A stretch of DNA of 64,000 bases from Felis catus (lineage: Eukaryota): contig NC_058368.1 of assembly GCF_018350175.1 (NCBI RefSeq), forward strand, positions 198,960,001 to 199,024,000, given 5' to 3'. Made by a program: the position numbers and the translations under genes. The notes beneath the pieces are model-generated. The model was not told where the DNA came from. It ran no database searches and worked only from the letters and a program-made list of their open reading frames with translations. Of the stretch, positions 51,869 to 64,000 are shown piece by piece; position 1 is the stretch's first letter, and the number at the start of each line of letters is the position of its first letter.

Positions 51869-54854
51869 ACCTTGGACTAGTACTGGTTTGACAACGAGGA
51901 CTCAAGGCCATGCTAACAGTGCTGTGCTAAATCCAGTCAGTGGCTTTTGGAACCTTCATTTCTGGTGTTCTCTTTATGTCTGATTGTAATGTTCTCCAGA
52001 CTTGTCTTTCACGGGCTTTATTCTGAGTTCAACTAGTCCTGTGTGGGTTTTTTTGGCTAAAATTCCTCAGGACGGATTACCACTCAGCTTTTCTTCCCTC
52101 AGACTGCCTGCAAGCCTCTTTCCAAGCTCATGTTTCTCAGTTGCCAGGATATTAGGCTCCTGGCCGTATTGACAGTAGGAAAAGAAATTCTCTCCCTGTG
52201 ACTAAACAACATGGCAGTTCGTTCGAAGGCCGTTTGTTACCTGTTCCCCTTGCTCAGATGTGTTATTGAGGTGGCTGTCCGTTTCTCTGCCTTTCCCCCC
52301 TATCTCTCCACGCCTTCCTGTTTTTCCTTTTCCTCCCAGTGTTTCCATGGTGGCTCCTTGCTGGAGCCAGAGGACAAACTGCTGACAGGAACATCCCTTG
52401 AATATCTCTGCATCTGGACAGGGCCGTTGGCACCCTCAATTGGCGGCTAAGCAATGTGTGGCTTGCCATATTTGTCTCCTGTTTAAGACCCAAGAATTTG
52501 AATCTGCCCCAACGTCTAAATGTTGTCGTTGTTAGGACAGAGCGCTGCCATAGTATCACAAGGCTAGTATTAAACATGTTTGTTTGGGTTCCATATATTA
52601 ATATTTTGGGTTGTTACTCCTAACGTTGCTTTCCCACACCTCATAGCTGCAAGATTGAGATAGGGGATATATAGTCCATTACAGAAGCCAAATAAGCTAG
52701 AATATATAAACTATTTTTAAAAGCTATTTGGGTTTTTAACAAGCTATAGCCATTGTTCAAGCTTATTTTTTTCCTAATATTTTGTTAAGTCAAAGAATTG
52801 CTTGAGTGGACCAACTGACAGTAGTTTCGTGAACGGCATGAAGGGCACCAGTATGGACTAAGCAGGAAGAAGAATTAGGCCTGTCAGAGTCAAAGCATGC
52901 TCTCCTGCTTGTATGATCAGGTCGCAATCAATGAAAAGTGCATTTACAGCATGGAACTTTGTATAACAGAAAAAAAAAAAAAAAGGCTAAATGTGAGACC
53001 CAGCCAAAAAACAATCTCAAAATATACACTACTGTTTTAAGAAAACTCAAAATATGAGATAGTATAGTGATTGTCGTTCATGTGTCCGCTAACATCAAGT
53101 TACCTCAGGTGTTTTAGTAAAGTAACTCTGGGGGATGAAAGTTGCACCCTGGGAGGCAAGTGTGGGATTTGAAAAATACCAGGCTCCGGGTTTCCTTTCT
53201 CTCGTGCCATTTTGCAGAATCACAGGCTATGGTGGAAAACAGTGCAGTTCTGTGACACAAAAGCATGTGTTCTCAGCATTGGAAGGTCCTCAGAGCACAT
53301 CTACCAGTCCTTACCTAAGCACTGAGCAAGGCAGGGGAGGAATGATCTAATCGTGTTGATCCTTTTCAGTTACTGACGCAGACACAACTGTTGGTAATTG
53401 ATGAAGTTCTTTCCCCAATACCTCCTAACCTCAAAAAGTACGGAATTCATGTCTTTAACCTGCACTTTACAATACCAACATATCTATCCACCCTCCCACC
53501 CAGCCAGCCATTTCAATATGCACAGTTAATGAGTATTAAGTTTAAAAAAATAACCTTAAAAGAATCAATTTCATGGTGAATGCATCCAGTTAAGCAAGCC
53601 ATTTAAACAACATTTTACTCGTGTGTAGCAGAAGTTACTGATAGCTTTACAAGCCTGTGTTTCAGACAAGCTAATTGGTTGTCTCTGATGTGTTTGGGGC
53701 TTTCGCTCATTAACTCTCCTTCCTGTCTAGTACATACTTGACTAGCTCTCATACGTATATAGGTAGAACTGTTTAAACAGCCATATTCTATTGCCAGGAA
53801 AAAAGTTTTTCATAGACACGTTTCTTCCTACTTATTATGTTTGATTTTTGAAATAAAGGTAAATCATAAGCAAGTATTATCTCAGACACGGAAGGTGCAG
53901 AATCAAGTATAACACCCTAAACATGTTGGTACCGAAAATGAATGCTCTTTTGAAAGAGTGGAATAGAATTGATTACAGAAGAGAAAGAGAGGAGAGCAAA
54001 AGAAAATGATATGCTGTTGAAACCTGGCTGCCTCTATAATTAATGACAATGTTATAGATGTTATTGAAAAGTCGGATACCTGCACCTGCATGCAAAGACA
54101 AGTGTACTGATGCTTCTCTTTTTGCATATGTCAGTGCTTTCCATTCTCTGAGATAAGAATTAGATGCTTTGTTTGGACACAGATTAAAGGAATAGCTCAA
54201 AACATATGTGTCCTTTGGGTCTTGAGATTTCTGGAGTGGGTCTATTTTCCATGAGGGGTTGCTTACTTTTCTGTTTGCACAACAATCCATTGCAGCTGCC
54301 TGTAGGCATATGTGTAATAGAGTTTAAACCAATTAGACCTAGAGTTTTGAAACTGTTCATGGAATCCCACCTCCTGCATGAAACCTCGGCCTGACTAATT
54401 GAAAGAGGTGGCAACTTCTCTCCAGCGTTCAGTTTCCTTCCTTTCCTCACATTTTAATCTGAGATAAAATACAGTACCTGCTATCTTGCCCTTTCATGAT
54501 AGTTTCAGCTCTTCACATTTGTTTAAAAATAAACGAGTATCCTCTTTATGTCTGGCATTGTAACCGTGTACATCAGAGAATACAAAATCATTTCTTTTCA
54601 TTCATTGTCTATGCCTTCAAGGAATTGAGGTCTCTTACACATGAAAAAATTAAAAATCATTACCCAAATCTGTGGGTGAATGTTTCTCAAGTGAAACTAG
54701 GATAGCCTCATAAATCTGAGTGAAAATGGAGTTCACCCCAGACCTGTGAAGATGCTTCATTCCCATTGAGTCCTGATATCCTAACTCATTAATTTATACA
54801 ATAAGCATTGATAAAGCCTGTCTGAAGGAGAAAGTAATGACTCCATATAGCTGA

Positions 54855-55313
54855 ATTCGTAAATAGCCAAAAAAGTAGAGACAGCCCAAATGTTCATCAG
54901 CTGATAAACGTGGATAAATAAAATGTGGTATGTCCATGCAATGGAATATTGTTCAGCCATAAAAAGAAACACTCATGCTCAGTGTCACAACATGGATGAA
55001 CCTTGAAAACTTTATGCTAAGTGAGAGGAACCAGACACTAAAGGCCATGTTTTATATGATTCCATTTATTTGAAATGTCCAGAATAGGCAAATCCATAGA
55101 GACAGAAAGTAAATTAATGACTGCCAAGGGCTGGGGGAAAGGGCAAAAGGGGAGTGACTGCTAACAGGTAAAGAGTTTCTTTTACAAGCGGTGAAAACGT
55201 CTGGAGGTTAGAGAACAGTGGTGATTGCAGATATCTGTGAATATACTAACATCACTAACTTGTACACTTTTAAAAGGGTGAGCTTTACGCCCCACAAATT
55301 GAATCTCAATAAA
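54855..55313 (+). mobile_element. L1MB-type 3' end
   Basis: tggataaataaaatgtggtat..catgcaatggaatatt, catggatgaaccttgaaaac, aaatgtccagaataggcaaatccatagagacagaaagta, terminal tctcaataaa. Confidence 0.93.
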
Positions 55314-55762
55314 TGAAGATTAAGTGTCTGTAGAGCCAAATTAAAAGGTGGTAAAGTGTGTGCTAACGAAATGCAGAATCCAAGCAAGTAGTAAAGGAAA
55401 TTCTTCAGAATTTTTAGGAAGGGGTGTCTGCTTCTAAGAGTTGACTCCATGAAGTAGGTAATGGTAACTTACATCCAAGAGCAAACAGTCCCGTCTGAAG
55501 ATCAGGACATTCTTTTTGTTGTGGCAACTATTTTCACAAAGAGCCTGAGTTGGCAATGAGTGATTCCAAAAATTTTGCCCTGGATACCTATAGCTCCAAT
55601 CACGTTTCAGCCTAAAAACTCTGTTTGGAAAGCCACTCAAGTTCAATGAGATGAAAACCTTGGTACAATGATAACCCATTTCATTTGGGACGGAGAAAGT
55701 TGTTTCCTTATTGGGAAAGTGTTTTTAACCCTGGAAAATTTAATCTTAAGAGTATAAGCGAT

Positions 55763-55905
55763 AGGGACACCTGGGTGGGTCTATTGGTTAAGCATCTGAC
55801 TCCTGATCTCAGCTCAGGTCTTGATCTCAGCATCATGAGTTCAAGCCCTACAATGGACTCTGTGTTGGGCATGAAGCCTACTTAAAAAACAAAACAACAA
55901 CAAAA
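55763..55905 (+). mobile_element. Short CanSINE variant (no CT tract)
   Basis: gggacacctgggtg...ggttaagcatctgactc..gatctcagctcaggtcttgatctc...gagttcaagccc...gaagcctacttaaaaaa. Confidence 0.9.
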
Positions 55906-56357
55906 TTTATATGTATTTATAAAAACATATATATATGTATATATGTGTATATATATGATGAAATAACCAAATCTGCAATATTAATACTTTCATTTTAAGT
56001 ATATATTACATTGAGGATAAATTATTTCAGAATTGGCTTCCTATGTAGAAAAGCATGAGAATTTAGTTAAGCTTGTAAATAGTACTGGAAAGCACCAGAG
56101 CTTGAGAGTCACTGAATTTATAAATTTAATTGAAGAAATGTTTAAAAATTCTTACTGGGGAAAAAAGAAAGACTTCTTAAGTATATGAGGATGTTTGATG
56201 ATTAGAAAAAGAAATTGAATATATTAAATTTATAAATGGAGTTTTGAAATGTTTAAGAGTGGTCAATTAAACTAAGTTTATGAAAGGACCTAAACAGTAT
56301 TCAACTTCCCGAGCGTACTGTTAAAACTTACCAGATATATAGATGGAATGGGAAGAT

Positions 56358-56464
56358 TTTTAAATTGAATATAATAGCTTCAGGAAAAAACTAGGTTTTA
56401 AATTGAATAAAATAGCTTCAGGAAAAACTAGCTTCAGAAAAAAAAAATAGGTTTCAGGAAAAAC
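56358..56464. repeat. Nested tandem duplications (38-bp unit plus tagcttcaggaaaaa sub-units)
   Basis: ttttaaattgaatWtaatagcttcaggaaaaa-type unit twice (56358, 56396), then two shorter re-copies. Confidence 0.9.
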
Positions 56465-56510
56465 AATACTGTGGTATTGGTTAAGATCAGAGTGCTGTTT
56501 TCTGGCCCCT
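56465..56510. repeat. 46-bp direct repeat, copy 1 (partner 57927-57972)
   Basis: aatRctgtggtRttggttaagatcagagtgctgttttctggcccct, 44/46 identical to its partner. Confidence 0.95.
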
Positions 56511-56931
56511 GGTTCCTTTTTAAAGGAACTTTCTAAAACTGCAGGGTAACAATACTAGTATTGCTCTGCACGAAGAGCCATCCTTACGGACACCAAAAAC
56601 TTTCGACTGACAGGTGGACCCTGTGCCCTGGCTACTTCTGCTGCTGTTAGGAGGTCTCCACCCAAAAGAGACCCAGGCTGAACACAGAGGGGTAAAAATA
56701 TGACTTTATGACCCTTCTCTAGTCTAATCCCTTGTGCTAGACTACAGTCCAAAGCATCTGAAATTATAAGTGGAGCCCGGCCAGGTTGGGAAAGCCAACT
56801 TCTCTGGCCCCCTAAAGTATGAGCCAAAATGGGGAAGAGGTGGCCATCCCAAGGCCTGGAAAGCCAGCCACGCAAGCCTCTCCCAGGTATTCCTTGTACC
56901 CCTGCTGGACAAAGTGGGAAGCTGCTTTTGC

Positions 56932-57100
56932 CAGGGATTGTCTTTTTTTTTTTTTTTTTTTAAAGGGCCAAATAGTAAATATTCTAGACTTTGTGGAATA
57001 TACTATCTCTGTAGCAGTTACTCAACTTTGCCATTGTGGCGTGAAAGCAGCCATAGATAAGTGAGTAAGCATGGCCATGTTCCAATAAAACTTTATTTGC
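56932..57100. mobile_element. MER58A-like hAT MITE (partial)
   Basis: taaagggccaaatagtaaatatt..agactttgtgg...tactcaactttgccattgtggcgtgaaagcagccataga...gttccaataaaactttattt. Confidence 0.9.
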
Positions 57101-57926
57101 CTGGGTGCTGGGAGGACAGCCAACAGTGGCTACTGTAACTAAGGTCCCTTCTACTTTTAAAGTTTCTTCGACATTAAGGCTTCCCATTGAGGTGATAGGA
57201 AGACATCAGCTGGGTCTAAAAATATGAATGTTTATACGCTGATTCTTTCTTCTTGTGGATGGAGGCACTGTGGGTTGGAAGCAGAAGTTGGAGCAAAGGC
57301 CTGCATACAGGAATCACTCAGGAGGCTCGGGAGGGCCAAGTAGAATCACTGGAATAGAGGAAATACTCTACAGGGATACTGGCTGTCTTTCATTGGCCCC
57401 CAAAGACAGGAAGCATCCATAATCCATACCTCATTTCTGCCTCTCAACAGTGGTTGTCTGATAAGCTTTTTGGATAGGACAATGAAACAAACCTTCTAGG
57501 CATATCAAAAAGAGAAAATAGATATAACTTGTTCCATAATTGTAGGTTAGCAGATTAAGCAAAAACTAGGAACGCTTTTCAGATTTTAACTCCTACCACC
57601 AAAGCAATGGGATCATTTTATTCAACTCTCCTGGGACATGCTAACTTCTCCCGTGCAATGGAAGGCTGGGTTTCTATATAATTATTGTCACAACATATAA
57701 CATGTTCTACACATCAGAGATTACCGATTGGGCAAGAAGACTTCTCGTAAGGGCAGGGCTCAGTCACAGGTCATGACCTGCAGGCATTTGTCTGGTTTTT
57801 AATTATTCCAAGGTCAAGCAGGCTGCACTTTGATTAAGAAAGAAGCGATCTTCCTGGAACTACACTTTATGTTGCACCTAGTGTTCTTGAAATCTATCAT
57901 CCATGATAGATTTGCACTTCCAAAGT

Positions 57927-57972
57927 AATGCTGTGGTGTTGGTTAAGATCAGAGTGCTGTTTTCTGGCCCCT
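57927..57972. repeat. 46-bp direct repeat, copy 2
   Basis: 44/46 identical to 56465-56510. Confidence 0.95.
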
Positions 57973-58379
57973 ATTAGTGCTCAGTAAAAAGGAAACAGTA
58001 TCTGTTCTGTGTTGTAATATCTTAGGGACTATGGCAAATTGGTTTTACCTGTATTATTTATTTCTGCCTTTAATGACATATCTAATACCTTTCTAAGGAT
58101 TTCAAAATCCTGCAAGTAGTACAATGAAAAGGGGAACAGCTGGCACTGCTCTCTCTAGACTAACCTTTCTTTGAACAAGCTGCCAAGAATGCACTCTGAA
58201 GAATCTTAATGATGCCCTGCCACTTTATCTCCAGACTCCATCCTGGAGCCACGGCGTGGGCAAAGTTCTCTCTGACTTTGGTGGAGGTTACCAAGTTAAG
58301 CCTACTCTGTGAGCTTCTGCAATTAAGGCCGCAAAACGAAGACCCCCTTTGCAAACTCACACACGAGATGCACATACTT

Positions 58380-58555
58380 GTGTGTGCTGGTAAGTGCTTG
58401 ACAACTGACTCCCTGGAAGGAAAAACATCTTGGTTTGTGGCACTTGCGGATTTCCGTGGTGTAAATAGTTCAAACCCTGGCCAGTTTCATGACTCGTACG
58501 ATTTGACATCCTCGTACCTCGAGGTGGAAAGAGAAGGCGCACGGTCAGCATTTCA
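58380..58555. mobile_element. MER63-like hAT MITE
   Basis: gtgtgctggtaagtgcttgacaact...ttgcggatttccgtggtgtaaata...gaaagagaaggcgcac. Confidence 0.75.
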
Positions 58556-59093
58556 ATACAAATGTTTCCACCAGTGTGACATGTTACTACAGTAGGTGCT
58601 TCTGCTCTGGTGATGAAAGTGAGGACTCGGGTAAAGACGATGCAAGTTCTGCTCCCTTTTTGACCGTCCTGGACAGTCTCCTACCAAATTTCACAGTTCA
58701 TTCAGGTTCTCTTACCATCCTATTCATCGGAGCCCTGGAATAAATTTATCATCCAGACCATACTTTTACCAAAGAGGTGAAAAACCAAAATGAACCTGTC
58801 CCCAAAAAACATTATTCATATTATTCATATAGTTATTTGAAAAATACAAGCTATGTGATGGCCATGTTGTGTACTTACAAAGACAAGAAAGCTATAATGG
58901 CTCTTCTGGGTCAAGATAGTTACAGAGTCGCATTCTCTTACATTGTGCCCATGCTTGCCTGTCAGATCCCTCTGCCTAGCAGATCCACACTGCAGCTCTT
59001 CTTGCTGGCCCGCTGAAGTTTGCTTGTGATCCTCACCCAGTGTCCCTACTGTCTTGTCTTACCTGCTGACTGATCAGTTTGAAAGGAGCTGAA

Positions 59094-59320
59094 GGGGTGC
59101 CTAGGTGGCTCAGTTGGTTAAGTGTCCAACTTCGGCTCAGGTCACGATCTCACCGATCTTGGGTTCGAGCCCCGCATCAGGCTCTGTGCAGATAGCTCAG
59201 ATCCTGGATCCTGCTTTGGATTCTGTGTCTCCCTCTCTCTGCCCTTCCCCTGCTCACGCTCGCTGTCTCTGTCTGTCTGTCTGTCTCTCTCTCAAAAATA
59301 AATAAACATTAAAAAAAACA
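59094..59320 (+). mobile_element. CanSINE
   Basis: ggggtgcctaggtggctcagttggttaag head; TSD aaaggagctgaag. Confidence 0.96.
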
Positions 59321-60084
59321 AAAGGAGCTGAAGATGTCAGCCTGGACTCCTTCATGAGACTGATTCCTTTTCTAGAGGTGAAGAAAGAATGTGCCTTTAT
59401 TTCTAAAGTGTGTTTGAACATTCTTCTACTGAGATACTTCTTTTTCAAATTGACTTACGTGACCTAAGACTTATTCTAATGCTCCTGTCTCTCTTTATGG
59501 GAATCAGTTGCTTTTCTTCCAGCTGAGGTATAATCAGGATGCTATGAATGAGTGAAGAAGCATATTTGGTTAACTGTACAGTATTAAGCAGTCTTTTGTG
59601 GGCACTGAAAAGCCAGGGGCAGAGGAGCTGGTAATCTCACTAATACCAATGATGAGGACAGCCCCCTCTTCAGGCTGCTATTTCTGTTTTCGGTTTGACA
59701 GTATTCTGCTCTAATCAGTGGAACCCCACACATTGGCCAGTGGGATGCTGGCACAGGTGGCTCGTGAAATCACGCTCATGCTGCCTACACACACGCACCA
59801 GTCTCGTTCAGAAGTGGTGGTTCAATGGGAAAGGTGGGAAGCCAACCTTTGGGATGCACATTTTCAAAGCTCCTAACATTGATCATCCCCCTACTGCAAC
59901 CCACCACAGCCACCCTCAAGTCAGAAGGGGTCCGTTATAATCTGCTAGTTTTCCCCAGGAGGAATATATGTGTTGTGTGTAGGTGGGGATCTAGAGAAGT
60001 GCAGGCAGAACAGATGTCCAGCTTCTATAGAAGGTATCTTCTACCTCTAGCCTCAGACAGGGCAAGAGACACCTGCGTTAACAG

Positions 60085-60335
60085 GAACAGGACCACCTCA
60101 GGGGGAGTCCTGGACATAGGAGGGGGTGGGGCATGTTTAGTTATAGTGATACTGATTGGTGCTAATGGCATTGAGGTCACTAGGACTAGGGGTGATGTTT
60201 TCTAGGATGCACAACATAGTCCCACGCAGTAAAGAATCGTCACATGCCCTAACCCCTTTTTTAATGTCTTACAACATAATCGTGTGGGTCAAAGCACTGT
60301 TTATAAATATCTGAGCTTAGAACTTAACTCTGTCA
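60085..60335. mobile_element. MER20B-like DNA transposon fragment
   Basis: ggtgctaatggcatt...tgcacaacatagtcccac..aaagaat...tgtttataaatatctgagcttagaacttaactctg. Confidence 0.65.
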
Positions 60336-63300
60336 CATAAAAACCCTAAGTCATCCCTTTTGGACTGTTCTCTCCCCTGATCCCCAGAGAGTTTAAAGGA
60401 AAATGAGGCCAACTCTGGGCACACACTACTTACATGCTTTAACAACACAAATAGGAAAAACAAGCAGTTTATTATTATAAATAAAATGAGTCTTGCAGAC
60501 TTTTCAAAGGAAAGACCTATGATTGCAGTTCAGAAACTGTTTACATGACGTCTAGAAATTTAGTCACAACAAGTTTGCAAGAATTAAAATAAAATTGTTG
60601 CTTGTGAAATTAGGGCAAGAAAGGAAAATCAATGAGTATCGTCAGAGAACCCCATTGGAGGTCCTGCAATTAGGAAAGGATTATTATTTCTCTTCTCAAA
60701 GAAACATAAAGGACATCTCCTACCCAATGAGGCAGTCTCCTGTACTGTGTAATTGTCTCAGGTCTCACAGCTGCTGCAAACGTGAACAGCCATGTGATGG
60801 TGCTGAGTTGTCTCTTACATTAGGACTTTACAAGAAATGCGGTGTGTGAATCACGGAATGCAGTAACACACATCACCCCGCAGTGGCATGAGTGAAGAAG
60901 GGCTGGGATGACATAGCTAAAAGAGGCTGGCTACTTATGGTGGCTGTGTTTTCCTATCTCTAGGGTGGACACATGGCCACTAACAAATGCCCACTCCCGT
61001 GGCTGACCCGAAAATAGCCAACTGACTGCAGGTTGCCAGGCAGCAGTTTCCCATGTCATTGCCCCAAGTGCCATCGCTAGAAGCCAATGTGAAAGCCTCC
61101 TCTTCTTGCAATTTCCAGTGAACGATAATATCCAAGCAGCTGATTAAGTATTCAGAATACGGGATTTATGTGGGTCCAACCTAAACACCTCTCTTTAAAC
61201 ATCAGCGTAGGGAAGGACAAAAAAAGCCATGGTGGACAAGTCAAATGTGCCTGTAACTTGTGTGTTAATAATACAGAGGAGGTGAAATTTGAAGTTCAGG
61301 TTAATCTAAGGAAACTAAGTGAAAATGTTAACCTAACGGGAAAAGTTCGAGTCAGAGCCTGAGGTCTCCATCTTCCCCCTCCCTTCTATTATCTGCTTTG
61401 TTTTTAGAAACATGAAACTCAGGGTAATGAAAAGCTATGTTCCGGCAGCAAACAGTCACTCACTGTCCTTGAATCTCACTGAAATGCCAGACTTGTTTTA
61501 AAATTGATATTATAAGTGTAGGGTGGTGTGGAATCATTTGGATACCAGTCGGGGGAATATGGCAGGATCAGATACCCACTTAGGTTACAGATCTGAAAAT
61601 CTCGGGTTACACAGCCATATTTGTCAGCTTAACACCATCAGGCTCCTTTATCTGGTGACCACCCTGTAATCGAACCTTCCATTTCCTTCTCATGTTTCAT
61701 ATTCAGCAGGAACAACTTCTGAAGCGTAACTACCTTCAGACATCTTTATTATCTTCCAAGTGTGCCTACGCAATCGTCTATATTCTCAGTTGCCTGGAAA
61801 CCAACCTAATGTCTACCTAAATCCTTATTGGTGTTTTTGTTTTTGTTTTTGTTTTGTCTGGTCTATATTGCAAAATATCACAACTTGTATTCGGTGATTA
61901 CTTAAATCTAGCATTGTTTTCAAATTAGCTGTTACTATGCCACCAGGATCAGTTCTGTGAATTTTTAAATGAACCATTTGAAGGAAGTATTCTTTGTAAC
62001 ATATATTTACTGTGTTAGTTGTTTTCTTTATTTGAATATTGTTGAGTTTCCTGCCACCAGTCCCTTTCTCCATTATTAGCAATACTTAAAGTGCTGCCCC
62101 TTTAGATTTGAGGTTATGAAATGTGACAAGCAGAAAACTTCTTCACGTACCAGATCTTGGATGTTACGTGTTGTCTGCCCCTCTTGATGGGAGGCGTTAT
62201 TGATCAAACACTGCATTGCACTGTAAGCGTTCGGTGGTGCAAGCTGAAGCCCCACTTTGTGGGAGAAGCAGGCAGACTGACATCTCTGATTGTAAACTCT
62301 TGAGAGCAGCCGGCTCCTCCTTCAAGCCTTAGACGTAAACATGCTCCCCACCTGTCCCCCCTGCCAGCTCTTCTCTCCCCCTGCTGGTGGATGGCCTCCC
62401 GTGGTGGGGGTAGAGCTGGTCTAGTGCTGGTTGTTGCACAAGCAATTTCAGATTCTCTTGGAAGTAAGTTGTTTTCAGTGCTGTAAAGAAAAGAAAGTGA
62501 AAGAATGGACCTTACATTTTCTGTAAGGGAGAACCCTCTTAACACGATTTGTAAAATACCTTGGGCAAAAGCTGTTCTGAAGTCGTATACCCATTTTCTG
62601 CTCTGAGATGAGATTTTCATTACTTTTCAGAATCAAAATTAATGAGAGTCCTTCCATTGTCACAGGCTTTTTTTTTTAGTAGTAATATTTATTATTAATT
62701 TGCAGACGATTTAAAGAAGGACTGTGGGGACACACTTGAACTGTAGAATGTTAGCACAACTGTGCTTCCTAAGTTAGCATGAAAATGTAGTATTTCTTAC
62801 ATGTATCTTCCTGCTCACATGAAAAAAAAATGTACACATATTTTAATACCACTTTGGGTGATGTACGTCTGCTATAGTCTGATACTTACAACGATAAAGG
62901 CAAAATGAAACCACATTTGGGAATAGCATACGGTTGAGGCACTTTCTTTTTCTAGGTCGAGTATTGATTACGGTAAGACCTTAGAATTTTCCACTGCATG
63001 TGGGATTTAATGAAATTTGTTGACCAAGAATGTCTTTGAACATTGGTTGTTCTGATGGTGCCACTCACTGTATTCTATGTTATATAAACATCACTGGGCT
63101 ATAAATATGGTGTCCTGTTCTTGTGTGATGTAGTGTGGGGAGGGGAGGGGAGCCTTATGAACTTTGTACTTTATCATACCCTTTAAGAGATCATCAATTC
63201 TTCTGGAAGATGTAACAATTTGATATTCCTTCACAGTCAGAAATTAGTAGTCCTGGATGCTATTAGTATCCTAGCCAGTGTACTTTAAGAATGACTTATG

Positions 63301-64000
63301 ACTGGATATTAATCAAACAGGTTTTTAAGATAGCCAATTCTCCGCCCACATACCAGTTATAAGGTCTTGATTTTTACCTCCCTGAAAACTCAGGACTAGG
63401 AGAAGAAAAAGCTGGGAGACTTTATGTATGTAGGTATACGTGTACAAGTTTGTGCACGCGCGCTCTCTCTCTCTCTCTCTCTTTCTATCCTCTTGTCTAA
63501 AAAATGCTTTCCCAGGTCTCAAAAATAGATACTAGAAATTTAAGGGAGGGAGAGAAAAGATTACTTAAATTATAATTTTGTTGTGTATGTGTTCGATAAA
63601 ATAATTGAGTCTTCAGTAATCGATATGGTATATACTAAATTGTCACCAGTTTTAGTAAGTTAGCAAGGGGATGGCAGTGAAAGTTGCTCTGCCTGACTTA
63701 TTTTGACTGAATTGATTCTTTTGGTGTGTGCAGCGTATTTTGCCCTGTGCGATGGTACATGTAATTCATCAGACCTCCCATGCTGGTAAATGTGTGGGTG
63801 AGACGGTGGCTTGCAAGCAGGTCAGTCACCCCTAAAGAAAACAGTCCTGGGTCACAACATATAACCCACATTATAACAACAGCTGCGGATGGAGTTCTAG
63901 AGAGTCCTAAACATCACCGTTCATATAAGTTCTTCTTGAAATCCCTCCCATGATTCATCACTATCAAAATTTTGGAATAAGAAAGGTTCTGATATAACTA

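Noticed and set aside
52710..52722. MEF2-like ctatttttaa sites (also near 11556 and 49597)
   Set aside because: Expected frequently by chance in AT-rich DNA, with no independent support.
56358..56464. Repeat array considered as CRISPR-like
   Set aside because: Mammalian DNA; the units abut each other with no unique spacers and no cas genes.

Overview
Mammalian, almost certainly felid, AT-rich genomic DNA. The assignment rests on about 18 tRNA-derived carnivore SINEs (CanSINE) carrying feline-type diagnostic sequence. The window reads as intronic or intergenic: I recognise no protein-coding exon, RNA gene or CpG-island promoter, and nearly all listed ORFs are chance or repeat-derived. Besides the SINEs it holds old L1 fragments, a ~1.9 kb L2 with a relic RT motif, several MIRs, hAT MITEs (MER58, MER20, MER63-like), a MaLR LTR nested in a MIR, and microsatellites. 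Two features are not explained by these repeats. The first is a diverged ~300 bp direct repeat pair 4.08 kb apart (25281-25583 and 29361-29672) whose substitutions skew to one codon position; one copy holds an intact 96-codon ORF and the other is broken. The second is a template-switch-like scar at 56358-56510 containing a 46-bp near-perfect copy of 57927-57972. Repeat family names come from recalled consensus sequences, not a database search, and boundaries are approximate.
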